Shown in pieces: positions 23,840 to 35,783 of a DNA stretch of 64,000 nt. The DNA is from Takakia lepidozioides (lineage: Eukaryota > Plantae > Bryophyta): the NCBI GenBank assembly GCA_030704615.1, contig CM060731.1, positions 46,686,001 to 46,750,000 on the forward strand, read 5' to 3'. A program made the position numbers and the translations under genes. Positions within the stretch are counted from its first letter, which is position 1, and each line of letters starts with the position of its first letter. The notes beneath the pieces are model-generated. The model had not been told where the DNA came from. It worked only from the letters and a program-made list of their open reading frames with translations, and did not search any database.

Positions 23840-24745
23840 TGGTTGTGAAGAAATGGCGAAGTCCTTGGGGTGACTGCCCCCGAGACAGGGAAAATGACGC
23901 CGAATTTCCAGTCTCGGTGGAGAAATGGCGTCGAATTTCTAGTATGGGTGGCAGCCACCCCTGGGACTTAGCCATTTTCGGGGAACGGAACTGGAAATTC
24001 ACCGCCATTTTTCCTAGCTGGGTCGAAAAGTGGCTAAGTCCCAGAAAGGACTAGGCCCCAACCTGGAAAAATGGCGCCAAATTTCCAGTATCGGTGCCAG
24101 CCACCCCCCGGACTTAGCCATTTTCGGGGCCAGGAACTGGAAATTCGGCACCATTTTTCTAGGCTGGGTCCGAAAGTGGCTAAGTCCCAGAAAAGGCTGG
24201 GCCCCAACCTGGGAAAATGGCGCCGAATTTCTAGTATCGATGCCAGCGCTGTCCGAGACTTAGCCATTTTCTGGGCCCGAAACTGGAAATTTGGCGTCAC
24301 TTTTCCAGGCTGGGTCCGAAAGTGGCGAAGTCCCAGAAAGGGTTGGGCCCCAACTTGGAAAAATGGCGCCGAATTTCCAGTATCGGTGCCAGCCACCCCC
24401 GGGACTTAGCCATTTTCGGGGCCCAGAACTGGAAATTCGGCGCCATTTTTCCAAGCTGGGTCCAAAAGTGGCTAAGTCCCAGAAAGGGCTGGGCCCCAAC
24501 CTGGGAAAATGGCGCCGAATTTCCAGTTTCGGTGCCAGCCACCCTAGGGACTTAGCCATTTCTGGAGCCCGAAAGTGGTCATTCGGCGCCATTTTTCTAG
24601 GTTGGGCCCCAAAACAGCTAAGTCCTAGCATGGGCTCCCTCGCCCTCGGAAAAAATGGCGCCGAATTACCACTTTCACTGCACGGCACCCCAGGGAACCG
24701 GGACCATCGAGCCCAACCCGCATAGAATTTCGGCGCCAATTTTGC
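23840..24745. repeat. Intronic tandem array (~148-bp unit) with two oppositely oriented GGCGCC-centred palindromes per unit
   Basis: Alternating CTGGAAATTCGGCGCCATTTTTCC and GGAAAAATGGCGCCGAATTTCCAG, about 5-6 units. Confidence 0.9.
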
Positions 24746-25384
24746 AGTTTCTCTCATTCCCGGGACCCGATTCTTTGTGGGTTTCTTGAATGCAGGTGCT
24801 GCAAGTTCTCCCTGTTGGAAAAACGTCATCTGTCCTTCGAGCCGCCATTCTTCCTCGCATGGAGGAGCCCTGAATCTGACTCTTTGTACACTGACGTTAA
24901 CGTGAAGGAGTGGCATCTGGAGCATTTGCGCGACTGCCCTTGGTATATGGACCTTCCGCCCGGAGGGCTCGACGCCTTCGACATTCAATTGAAGCTGGAT
25001 GTTGAGGCCCAACGAAACTGGGCTCCGCTGCCTCCGCTGGGTCCAAAGGAGGCGAAAGCGCTTGCCAAGTCCAGGAGTATTCAGGAGAGATTGAATGAGA
25101 AGAATAAAGGACAGAAGAAAAGGACACGGAAATAGGGGACTGCAGTAACCCCCAAAAAACAGAAAACCACCAGGGCACGAGCAGGGATGCCTCGGCGTGA
25201 GCGTGTGAGCGCAATAGCGCTCACGCCACGTCGCCGGGATGACGCCACGTCATCGACCTTAAACGCCACGTCAACGTGCGCCAAGTAAGAAGCAGAGTGT
25301 ATTTCCGCGGAAGAGCACCCTCAACCGCGGAAACAAGTTGGACGAAATAATAAAAGGACGTGGTCATTCCCACCTGAAAGCAAC

Positions 25385-25620
25385 AGATGAACGTAGCATG
25401 GATGAATGTAGAGTGGATGAGAAATAGATGGATGTGTGAGAACAATCCAAGCAGATGGATGAATGTCGAATGGATGAGAGTGCAATGGATGAATGTACAA
25501 TGGATGTTGAATAATGGAAAACAATATTGAATGGAGGATGCATGAATACGCAGCACATGAATGCACAATGGATATAATAGACACTTTCTGAGGGGTATGT
25601 GGTATGGATTCATGAAGATT
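25385..25620 (+). repeat. Subterminal short tandem repeat (ATGGATGAATG-like)
   Basis: About 10 degenerate copies of RTGGATG(A/T)(A/G). Confidence 0.6.
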
Positions 25621-26083
25621 GTCATTTCAATCCGAGTGGATTGTTTGTTTCATTTTCTTTTCTGACGAAACAACTGCAATGAGGCAAGGGAACTCAATCA
25701 TTACCGAAGAGGATATAAACAGAACATTAAAAATGAAAAGTTCAGTCTGACTCAGAGTCAGTACAATGTTTCCCCGTCTCCTCTGCATCCAAGTCCAAGA
25801 ATTTAAGAACTCCAGATCTATGATGGCTACACCTGCGATCAGGCAAAAAGAAGTCAGGGGATAGAGCCTCGGCCATTTGAAGTGCCATTGCTTCGGCATA
25901 CACAGGAAGCACAAAAGTGGAAAGGGGACTGTCAAAAACAGTCTCGCCACAAATGGGGGTTTCTCCTGAAGATCCATCGCTGCCGTTCCTGCAAGTCACA
26001 ACATGATAAAAGTTATTACTGCAGATTTGATGTCTGCGAAATTGAATATGCACCCAAACTGGAATAACAGTTCCATGACAGAC

Positions 26084-27215
26084 TTACTCACATGAAAAGT
26101 CGTTGACGATCTGCTTATCCTCGGTATCCTCATCATTTCTGATTTGAATTTGTTCAGTCTGTGTGCCAGACGTAGAGCCAGACACAAGAGGGAGGAGGAC
26201 ACTTTTGAATAGTCTGATGTCGCCCTCCATGCCAAAAAGACTTCTCCCGCCAACCTTGCAAGCACGATAAGTCGCACCTGCCAAGACAGAAAGCATCAAG
26301 AATGTTGTAGAGGATTCCAAATCGGATGCAAACTGGAAGAACTAAAAAATGGGAACAGTATTGAACCAACGAACCTGTGGATAGTGTGAGGTCAACCACC
26401 CTTGCAGAATGGTGGCTGCATGACTCCAAGAGCGTCTGCATGAACGCTGGGATTCTCTCCCTTGCACCTCTCCACGGAAACCCATCTGGTCTTTTGGCTG
26501 TCTGACTAGAGTGCATGAAATTGTAGAGCATGTCATCCACATGCGGTTCATAAGGGGGGTTGATGAAACACCCCCGGTCGCAAATTTCAAAGCTGCGAAT
26601 GGAGGATGGTGTTTTGGAGGTGCGAATCCTCCTCAGGCAGATTGCCTCAAACATCCTCGTCTTGAAAAGATGGAAGATAGGGGTGATAAATGGAAATATT
26701 GGAGGATGTCTGGCACAGGAAGGAACAAAACATGGACTGCAAATGAAAACTACAACCGAATGTATTTGTGATAGTCGTTGCCGATCATCACAGATGGTGG
26801 TAGAGCAAGCCAGCAGAAACAAGAAGACATGGAAAACAGAACGGAGGAGGGTGGTGCCATACCAGCTGTCCAGGGAAACCACCTTTCAGAAGGTAGAGGA
26901 TGTTCACACAATTCCATGTCCTCAGAATTTCAAACCCAAACGACTTCAGGTATGATGCCAGTCCCCTACGACTATCCTTGTCACATGACTGGAAGAGCAA
27001 AAGCGTTCCTACATCTGAAAGGAAATTATTGCAGAACCCGAATACCCAACTCCAGTAGTTCTCATCGAATCTATTCCAGGACGGAGTCTTTCCATTTGGA
27101 GGAACGTCGGGGACATGCTGGCCGTCTGGGATGTCAAGGATGACCATGTCAGTGGGAGGGTCCCAACAGAAACGAACATCTACATTGGCATTGATAATTT
27201 CGAACGTCCCATTTG
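26084..27215 (-). pseudogene. Beta-class N4C/N6A DNA methyltransferase-like domain (spliced, degenerate motifs)
   Basis: FEIINANV...TDMVILDIPDG (motif IV, cf. DLIVTDPPY), NFLSDVGTLLLF (cf. RVLKPGGSIYIF), LKSFGFEILRTWN, then ERIPAFMQTLLESCSHHSARVVDLTLSTG / intron / ATYRACKVGGRSLFGMEGD (motifs X-I-II, cf. KP.AL..RLI..S...GD.VLDPF.GSGTT..AA...GR..IG.E.D). Confidence 0.75.
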
Positions 27216-27629
27216 AAGAGAAAGATTCTTACCAGATTAAGAAAAGAAATCATGTTATCCCAAGTCAGTGATGGCACACCCGAGTACCCTTTTCTCCGAG
27301 TCTCCATCATCGCCAGCCATCCCTCATTGACAATCTTGATCTGCCCTGCCAAGTCCGAACGGGAAGGGTGTGGCTTGGCATCAAAAACACATTCAATAGT
27401 GTTGTTGTGCCTCCCAGTTGTCTCATCTTTGTCTTTGTCCTTCTCCTTGTCCTTCTCTTTCTCCTTCCCCTTCTCCTTCTCCTTCTCCTTGGACTTCTCT
27501 TTCTCCTTTGCCTTCCCAGGCGACTTCACTACTCCCTCCGAAGCCTTTGGATCCTTGTTTTTAACCTTTCGACCCCCCATTAGATGCGCAGAACTTGCAA
27601 TTTGAAAGGCAATGGGTTATTAGGATGTC

Positions 27630-30340
27630 CTACTTGTTCACGTCATGCATAACAGTCAGAAGCCTCGCGATGTCATTCCCAGGATCCAGAACCATTGCCT
27701 CCACAGCACAATGCTTGTCCTTGTCTTTTGAATGGTGTTTTGCAATGTACCCCATCCAAGCAAGAAGGCGGTGGTTCCCGTCCCAAACATAGAACATGTG
27801 GTTGCAGAACTGCTGAGTGTTATGTCCAAGGAGCAGGGAGTCCTCGAACTTGTCATTCACATCCTTCCAGCAATCATCCCAGTTGTCCGTTATCTCTGGG
27901 CTCACTTTTGTGCTGTTACCATTTATATCCTTCAGTGAGACGTAGAATACTTGTGCACCCATTCTGTACCCGTGCACGAAATCTGTTTCCAACTTGGTAA
28001 TGTCATGCGATAGTGGAGGACGAACAACAGACATGGAGATCATGCGGCATAGAGGGATTTCAAGGCGTCCTCCAGATATGATCATGTCCCTAATAACCTC
28101 CTAGGAATTTACCTTTTGATATGACATAAGCTCTTTCACCTTGTCAAGGTAGTGCAATTCAGGATCGTCTGTGTCTTCGCTGTTCTCAGAATTCTTCGTG
28201 GAGTCGTCCCTTTCTCCAGAGCCCTTCTCTTCTGTTTCTCCCTGCTTAGATTTTGCATTTTTCTGCATACACAAAACCCAAAATAACAACATTCAACTGG
28301 TATTCTGGAAACAGACATTTTGAAACAATGATGATCGGTACCGACCATCACTTTTTCTTCTAACAAATGAATGGATAGTTTACTGTGTCTCCCAATGCAC
28401 TTTCACTTAGTTCTCACCAGTATGCGATGATCGGTGGCGGCCATCACAATCCACATTTTGCACACAAGAAGTTTTCCGAACTCATATTAAAAATGACAGT
28501 CAACGAATAGTGATGATCGGTACCGATCATCACTTTATGCATGTACGGAAGAAGACTTCAGACACCCTGTTGTCTTTCTTAAAATTCAACTGATAGTGAT
28601 GATCGGTGGCGATCATCAGTATCTGCCATCGAAAATGACACACCATAAACTATCAAACCACATTTGGAATGACAAGGATGATGCAAGCGATGTTATGTAC
28701 CGATCATCACAACAAGACAGACCTGCGATACACACATCCATGAGGTCTGAATGTGATGGTCGGCACCGATCATCACTTGAGAGACAACATGCCTGCCTTT
28801 CAGTGCATGAGACATTGACTTGGAAGCGATGATCGCCACCGATCATCACTTTCCTGTCACTACAATTCCACAAGAAAATAAGTGGGTTGGACCTTGTACA
28901 TCGTAAAGCAAAGTATTGCATCGGTACTCTCCATTTGGGGGTAATATCCAGTCACCACAGAAACTGATGATCGGTGCCGATCATCATAATAAGACTGCTG
29001 GGATACACAGCCCATGAGGTCTGAATGTGATGGTCGGCACCGACCATCACTTTTTTCCAGAATGCTTGCATTTCAGTGTATGAGACATTGAGCAAAGAAA
29101 TGGACTTGGAAGCGATGATCGCCACCGATCATCGCTATTCTGTCACTACAATTCCAGATGTGAATAAGTTGGATTGACCTTGTATATCGTAAAGCAAAGG
29201 ATTGCATCGCTACTCTCCATTTGGGGGTTATGTCTAGTCACCACAGAAACTGATGATGGGTGCCGATCATCACATTCAGATTGCCCTGGGATACACAACC
29301 CATGAGGACTGAATGTGATGGTCGGCACTGACCATCACTTTCCTGAATGACAATGCCATTCCCCCCTTCCTCTGAACAAGAAGGGAGTGGAGCTGAGAGC
29401 GAAGATCGCCACCGACTATTGCTGTTACATCATTGCAAGATGCTGCTTAAGTTCCCTAGCACTCTTTCATCACCATGAAATTGGCCTCATAGGCTTACAT
29501 AAAGCAATTGCGAAGGTGATGGTTTGCACCGATCCTTACATTCCTCGTGAAACGTATACTGGCCTGCCTGCCTGGCTTTTTGAATCTACTGCCTGTCTGC
29601 CTTCCAGCTACATTACTCTGTAAAGCGATGATCGCCACCGATCATCGCTTTTCTCACCTCTGGGTACCATCAGTAAAGAGGAGGAAGTGTTTGTGAGGCA
29701 ACTTATGGATCCCTTCGCCTTCTTTGCCTTCTTGGCTGCATCGCTCGGATCGCCCTCTTCTGCTTTCCTCTTCCCTTTTACATTGGACTGCACACAAGAT
29801 ACACCATGTTCTTGAATCCCAGATGGAAGGGAAAACATCCAGACTAATGAAAACAGAAGTATGTGGATATGTAGTGCTCACCATTTCTATTTGATGTAGG
29901 GTTCACAAACTTCCTCCCTATATGGCGTCCTCTTCTCCTCCCCCTGTTCTCTTCTCTTCGGGAATGAACTCAGCTGGCACTGTCTGGTTACCTACGCTCA
30001 TTGCTCCAGCCCTCGCAACGACTGCGGCGACCTCACTCTCACTTCCCACATGCTCTTGTGCTTCACCTGTCTCCAAGTTCACATGCTGCCTAAGCGCTAC
30101 ACCTTCTTGCATCCGACGCCTCGTCATTTTCTCTCTTGATCTCAGCCTCTCTCTAAGTGATGTGAAATATAATGACTTCCTTATCTTCCGAACCGGACAA
30201 GGAACCCTCTCCAGTTTGGTTGCCTCTCTTCCTGTAAGGGCAAATCAAGAAAGATGAACAGACTCGCTTTCTTGCGCGGTTCCGTCGTTTTGGGAGTGTC
30301 CCTGGAACCGTCAGATTCCCTCTTGCGTGTCCGATGCATG
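27630..30340 (-). pseudogene. ParB-like domain protein exons upstream of the methyltransferase domain
   Basis: LEIPLCRMISMSVVRPPLSHDITKLETDFVHGY...FYV...MFYVWDGNHRLLAW. Upstream exons are Lys/Glu-rich. Premature TAG at 28101-28103. Confidence 0.72.
28328..29650. repeat. Intronic array of ~15 24-bp palindromes (GTGATGATCGGTACCGATCATCAC consensus)
   Basis: Copies near 28328, 28426, 28510, 28596, 28688, 28753, 28827, 28964, 29027, 29113, 29250, 29315, 29399, 29515 and 29626. There is a higher-order ~287-bp duplication. Confidence 0.9.
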
Positions 30341-31270
30341 AATGTAGGTTTCAGTGAAAATGGCGTACCCTAATTGGGACAGCTGTTCATTTACACGGTT
30401 GTTTGGGGTTGTTGGCGTGTGTAGACATAAAATAGACAAGTGTCTTTTTTGTGACGGCTTCATTAATATCAGTATACATCGTCAAGGATGAGGATTCTCA
30501 AAGTAGTTAGCATGAGGCCTACCTAGGATTTCACGTGTAATTTGTACGTGGAGAGTTATGGGCCATTTCATGCATATTGTTGAAAACATCAACATTATCA
30601 TACATAGTGAATGTAGCCATGGATGAACAAATCATCTAAGTACTTCAATTATCTTGCCATCATCCCAGCATGGGATCATGTTGGTGTCTTCAAAGAAGTC
30701 GGCGGGTCTTTATTGTTTTGGGCGACCCCCAGAACTTGGTATATCATCTGTCGGCAATGCGCAGAAGACAATGCAGACTGCATGTTGCATACGTTAATTT
30801 GTCGACGGATTGTCAGGAATCGTCTCCCGTAACTTCACAGGTGATTATATGGAATATCAGAATATTCACAATCTTCATGGAACGTGTGCTTCCGCCTCAT
30901 TTCATGTGCACCCAGTGTGGTGCAAAGCTGAATCATTTCATTTCGCGAATGAGCAGCTGAGGAAAGAGAACCGACTCACTTAAAATGGCTTCCTCCGAAG
31001 CAGAGTTCTCTCTGACGACAAACCAGTGCCTTTCTCCAAAGAAGCCCTTGCAATGGATTCGCAATTGTTCTGGAACATGTCTTGGCTACCCGGTTTGAGC
31101 TTCAGAATGGCTCCATCTTCTTGGAGAAAGAGGTGTACGATTTGGAAGGGAAGTTGTTGAAATATTCTTTCCAAAACCGTGATGAGACGGCTCATGTCAG
31201 CCAGTGGAGAGTGTGGCCTGGTCGTTATAGAGTACTTGGAGAGCCTCGGTGAAAGTCCCTTGGATCATAT

Positions 31271-34200
31271 GTGACGCCAGGGACTGCTGTTTCAGTCGTT
31301 GAAAACAAGAGGAAGGTGGTGGTGAAAAAAGAACAGACGTCCTCCACTCCAATCGTTGAGCTTTCGGATTCGTTCGATGATGACATAAGTGAAATTCCAA
31401 ATCCAGTCCTTCCTACTGTAGTTGGAGAAGCGGATGAAGAAGAGATTTGTAGTGTCATTCCAAAACTACGGGCGATGGGAGGAATGACAGGTTTCAAAAG
31501 TGAGTTGCGGGGAATTGATTGGGAATCTTTGAAGCAGGTGCCTGCGAAGTTCCTGCCAGAGACTTTTGATAGGGATATCCTATTCGAGCTGCCTCCTCCT
31601 CCGTGAGTTGGAGGTATAACAAGCATGATGCATGGAATGGACAAGAAACACGACGGGCACCCATGGTGCAGAACAAAAACATCCAATATTCAAAATGAGG
31701 ACAAGCTTGTTTTCAGGAGAACAATTTGCAATGGACACCTTAGGTGTGATAATTTGAATTGCAGACATTTTCTTCAGTCTGGGGTTCATAATCAAAGCGA
31801 GTGGGAGGGTCTCGCGGAAAATCCATTTAAGCTTGGGACTGCTCCTCCACCGGCAACCACTTTCGTTTGCACATTCTGCAAACTTGTACCATCTTGCCTA
31901 GCGCTGTGTAGAGCAACAATGTACTATGTTGTCCACCGTTTGAAAACAATGACAAGAGCTTGTGTGCATTTCGGTTTCTATAACCATCCTGTCTCGAAGG
32001 GGGATTACAGGGAGAGTGTTGAGACAGTATCGAGGTTGATTAAACAGGAGTACAAGAGAAACCCATTCGCAACAACATCTGCAATTGCTCTTGGGGCAAG
32101 CAAGTCCTTCTTGGAAACCCATATTTTGAGTGAAGGGAATTTTGTGGGGACTAAACTTCACGGTGCAGCATTGGACGTTGTCATGGATCATTTCTCCACT
32201 TTGAGTTCACCTAACATTCGGCATCAGATCAATGCATTGAGAATGGGCTCTGGGATTAGAGGCTACATAGACAACATTTTGGAATTGAAACGACTGAGCA
32301 TGTACGACTACATCCAGGACAATGTTTTTCCAGGTCAAGGTGTCATCGAAGTGTTTCTTTTCAAAATGTCGACTGCTGGGGAGGGCAGTGGGGTTAGCCT
32401 CATGAAGCGGATGCAGAAGACTGGGGACCTGCAAAATTGTTTTCTTATGTTTGATAATGTGAAACGAGTGGAAGATTGGACGACAATGGCTTGTCATGTC
32501 TACGATCCAGTGTACCAACGAGTTATGACAATTGCAGTTTGTGACATGCAATCCGAGGATACGGAATCCCAGAAGCTCATGTGGAATTCCCTTGTACGTG
32601 TTATGGGCTGTCATGGGGTGCTATCTCTAAATTTCGTTGCTTTCATGGCAGATAGTGCTCAGGCAAATTTCAATGCAGTTCGAATTGTCTTCGGATCAGG
32701 CGACCCAAAAGTGCCAATGCCGGGAAGAGAGCGTACATGTCTATTCCATTGGACACAATTTTTGGAGAAACATACAAAATCGGACATCAAACCAGAGATG
32801 CAGACACAACATCGTAAATTGTGCAAAGAGTACAAAGATGCTAGAACAATGAAGGAGGCGGACACTTTGTTCCAGACAATTCGTGCTTGGTGGTCCTCTT
32901 CTGGAGCTGCATCGCTTGAGAGTATGAGAGCATTAGAAGATTGGCTGGCGTTTTGGCACTTCCGGTACAGACAGTGGGGAGCAGCCATGACAATGGTTCG
33001 AGGCTTCTATTGCTTGCTTTAGTCATACCTTTACCTTCCAAATTTTGCTCTCCTTGCTTTATTTATGTTTGTCCCCTGTGCACTGTTCTGAAGTGTGGTT
33101 TTTCACTATGCAGAACATGTCCATTGAAGAAATGGCGGACATGTCATCTTGCAATTTGGCAGAGACTGTGCACAACGCATGGTTGCAACAGTCTGGGAAA
33201 CGAGGTCGGGATTTGTATGTGACAACAACAGATGATCTGATACGTGCCTTGCAACAACAAACCAGATACCGAGATTTCTTGCGAGGTGGGGTTGGTGGCA
33301 AGGGTCCGGACAAACTGGAATTGATGTTGCGTGCTGCAAACAGATATGGGGATCCAAGCAAGATAGCACGGGCGGTGAGCATGTATGCCCAGGGAACGCC
33401 ACTTGTTTCAAGAGTTCCACATGTTGAAGGGGAGGAGAGATTCGGCTCCTGTAAGAGGAAATTGAACATACTACCTGGTTCGGAATCCGATTCGCACAGG
33501 GCAGACCGTGATAACTTCTCGAAGCCTCGTGTTCCCCTGCATGACAGATCCATTTCCGGAATCTCCATTGTGGAGGGACCTCCGACACGACGGCAAGCTC
33601 CATCATCAAACAATACAACTGAAATGGTGCAGGAGAGAAACTACCCCCTTGATGTGCTGGAGTCCGCATGCCCCGACCACGTTTGGCACATAGAACGCAC
33701 AAATGTAGGGTCTCGTGTAAAATGTACAACAATCAGGGCAACTAATTTTGAGAAGTGCATTTCATCTATATCTAGGGGCGGTGCCCGGACTCCTGCTCTT
33801 ACTACTTCACGGGTTTGATGCATCCATATGGCCAACCAGAAGCCAAGAACCACAAGTTCTGGTTCTGCGCAGACGATTGTGGTAGATGTGTGCATGGAAC
33901 TGTGCGATCTTCCGTGGTGATGAAGCCAGCTCCTCCAACCGGTTGGCCCGTCAAGATGGGAACACATCTCACAAGTCAGGAGATTGCAATGCTGGATGAG
34001 GCAGGCTTTTCCCTTGCGAGACAACCCCAACTGCATGCATGTGCTTCTATTTCTGCGTCCTCTCGGGTCCCTCCGGCAAATCCTGACTTGTGGCCAACCA
34101 AACGAGATGGAAAGCTGATTCGGCGTTTCCCTCCAACCGCTGAACACTTCGGCAAAGCGGAGTTTGCAAGAATGCTCCAAGCTCGTGTTGCAAACACCAC

Positions 34201-34540
34201 GGAAGTACCCCGATCCAGGGTATGGTCGGGTGTACACAATGATCACTTCGACATTTGCTGTTCATGACACGACCTACGACATCACGGTTTCCAATTTCCC
34301 CAATTGCACATGTCCTGATTTTATGAATATGCTATCAACCAGTTTGGGCAAGAGAGGAAAATTCATACCCTGCAAACATTTGTATTACATATTTTGAAGA
34401 TGATGGTTTGCGATCCCAAGCGTGACAATTTCGTTCACCAGGCCACGCTGAGTTTTAACGAGGTCGATACTCTGTTGCAGCGGGATACAACACATGGGTA
34501 TCATCAACTATCACTTCGTGTATCTGGAATGTGGTGAATG
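31271..34540 (+). pseudogene. Mutator-like transposase: GCM-like DNA-binding domain, DDE core, SWIM finger; intron 32996-33113; a few stops and frameshifts
   Basis: HDGHPWCRT...CNGHLRCDN...HFGFYNHP, FLMFDNVKR, FMADSAQANFNA, CLFHW, CNLAETVHNAW, and SWIM CTCPDF...PCKHLYYIF. Confidence 0.9.
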
Positions 34541-35783
34541 TGCAATTTTGAATCTGCAATCTGAAATGTGATTTTTATGGACTATGAGTATGCAATCTGG
34601 TGTGTGGACGACCATGCTATGAACTGTGCAATTTGCAACATTGTCATGGAAATTCAATTCAATTCAATTCATTTGCAACATCGTAGCCGGTGCAATGATA
34701 TGGCATCCCTTATCCCTCCATTATGCTTCGAACTATACTCAGTGAGGTCTCAGTGGCAACTTTTAAAAGCACATGCATCATTGCTCATTTCGAAGTCTAC
34801 ATGTTCTCCTGTCGTTATGCACTACAATCATCTTTTGAAGATGATCCCAACTCTCATTGTTATTTGGGGAGGGAGCATGGTCTTCCCGTGACAACCTCTA
34901 TGGCATACATGTTGTGAGGATATTTTCTTGTCCTTGTAATTGTAATAGTGATTGCACAATGTTGGATTCTACAGTTGTAGGCTACATGGTAGTCTTGATT
35001 GTATTCAGGTAATGATTCCCTGCATTAATCCCATGGTCATAGGACCATCCTCGGTTATAGGCGCCGCATGTTCATGCTGACATGGCAGATGGGGTCACAG
35101 TGCCACGTCAACATTTGCCGCCATGTCAGCCTGATGACATCACGCTCATGCCACGTCACTCCTGCGTGAGCGTACGCTCACGCGCAAGGCTTACGCCATT
35201 GCGTCGTTGGGGCACGAGAGGTAGTACCTCTCCCTATTTCTGAGGAAGAAACTGCAGATGAGTTACAGCATGAAGCAATGGAAATTAGACGGTTATGTCA
35301 CTATTCAAAACCAAAACTCCTCGGACTAGGATGCCCACGAGATGCAGTTCTGAAAGTTCTACAAGATCTGATGACATTGGAACCAGTAGTGATGAAGAGA
35401 TGGTGGATTCAGCTAGAGATTACATTGACTGTTGAGAGGACCTCTTAATATTTAAATACCATTATTGTGCATACTATGGTGTGAGCAATTATTGTATGAT
35501 CCAATATTGAACCAGTTTATAAATGACAACATCCCGGGTCTTCCATGTGTATATGAAAGTGTCTCTCTAATTCTAGTTCAATGCTTTTCTACATCAATGT
35601 GATTGAAGAAGCATGGTTATTCAAGTACATCTTACCACAATCTCATGGCAAGACCAATTTCCCCTATCATTCTCTCATGCAAAGCCTCAAACCTAGTGTT
35701 CAGAGATAGAAAAGATCAAGAAACAAGTAGATTAATATGCAAAATCTGAGGTGTCATAGCTTATATTAATTCAGAAGTGTCAT

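Larger units (their letters stand above)
25135..35234 (+). mobile_element. ~10.1-kb Mutator-like DNA transposon with ParB-like/methyltransferase cargo
   Basis: Ends GGG...CCC flanked by TA (25133-25134, 35235-35236) within the palindromic target GAAA-TA-TTTC. Both ends share GCGTGAGCG, CGCTCACGC and GCCACGTCA motifs. It contains a MULE transposase and splits a gene. Confidence 0.72.
21627..35454 (+). pseudogene. Multi-exon ParB-like domain protein gene, interrupted at 25134 by the nested transposon (tail probably 35237-35454)
   Basis: MFYVWDDNHRLLAWMEHIA...HYAVECVVL (ParB/Srx DGNHR-type motif), paralogous to 27630-28085. GT-AG introns at ~22534-22653, ~22844, ~23231, ~23446-23540 and 23753-24795. 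An acidic coding-like sequence resumes after 35236. Confidence 0.7.

Noticed and set aside
26084-28085. Bacterial or phage contamination explaining the ParB/MTase
   Set aside because: The coding segments are split by GT-AG introns and are contiguous with eukaryotic transposon and host sequence.
28328-29650. CRISPR array (palindromic repeats with spacers)
   Set aside because: Spacer lengths vary widely, spacers are themselves duplicated (~287-bp higher-order unit), there are no cas genes, and the array lies in a eukaryotic intron.
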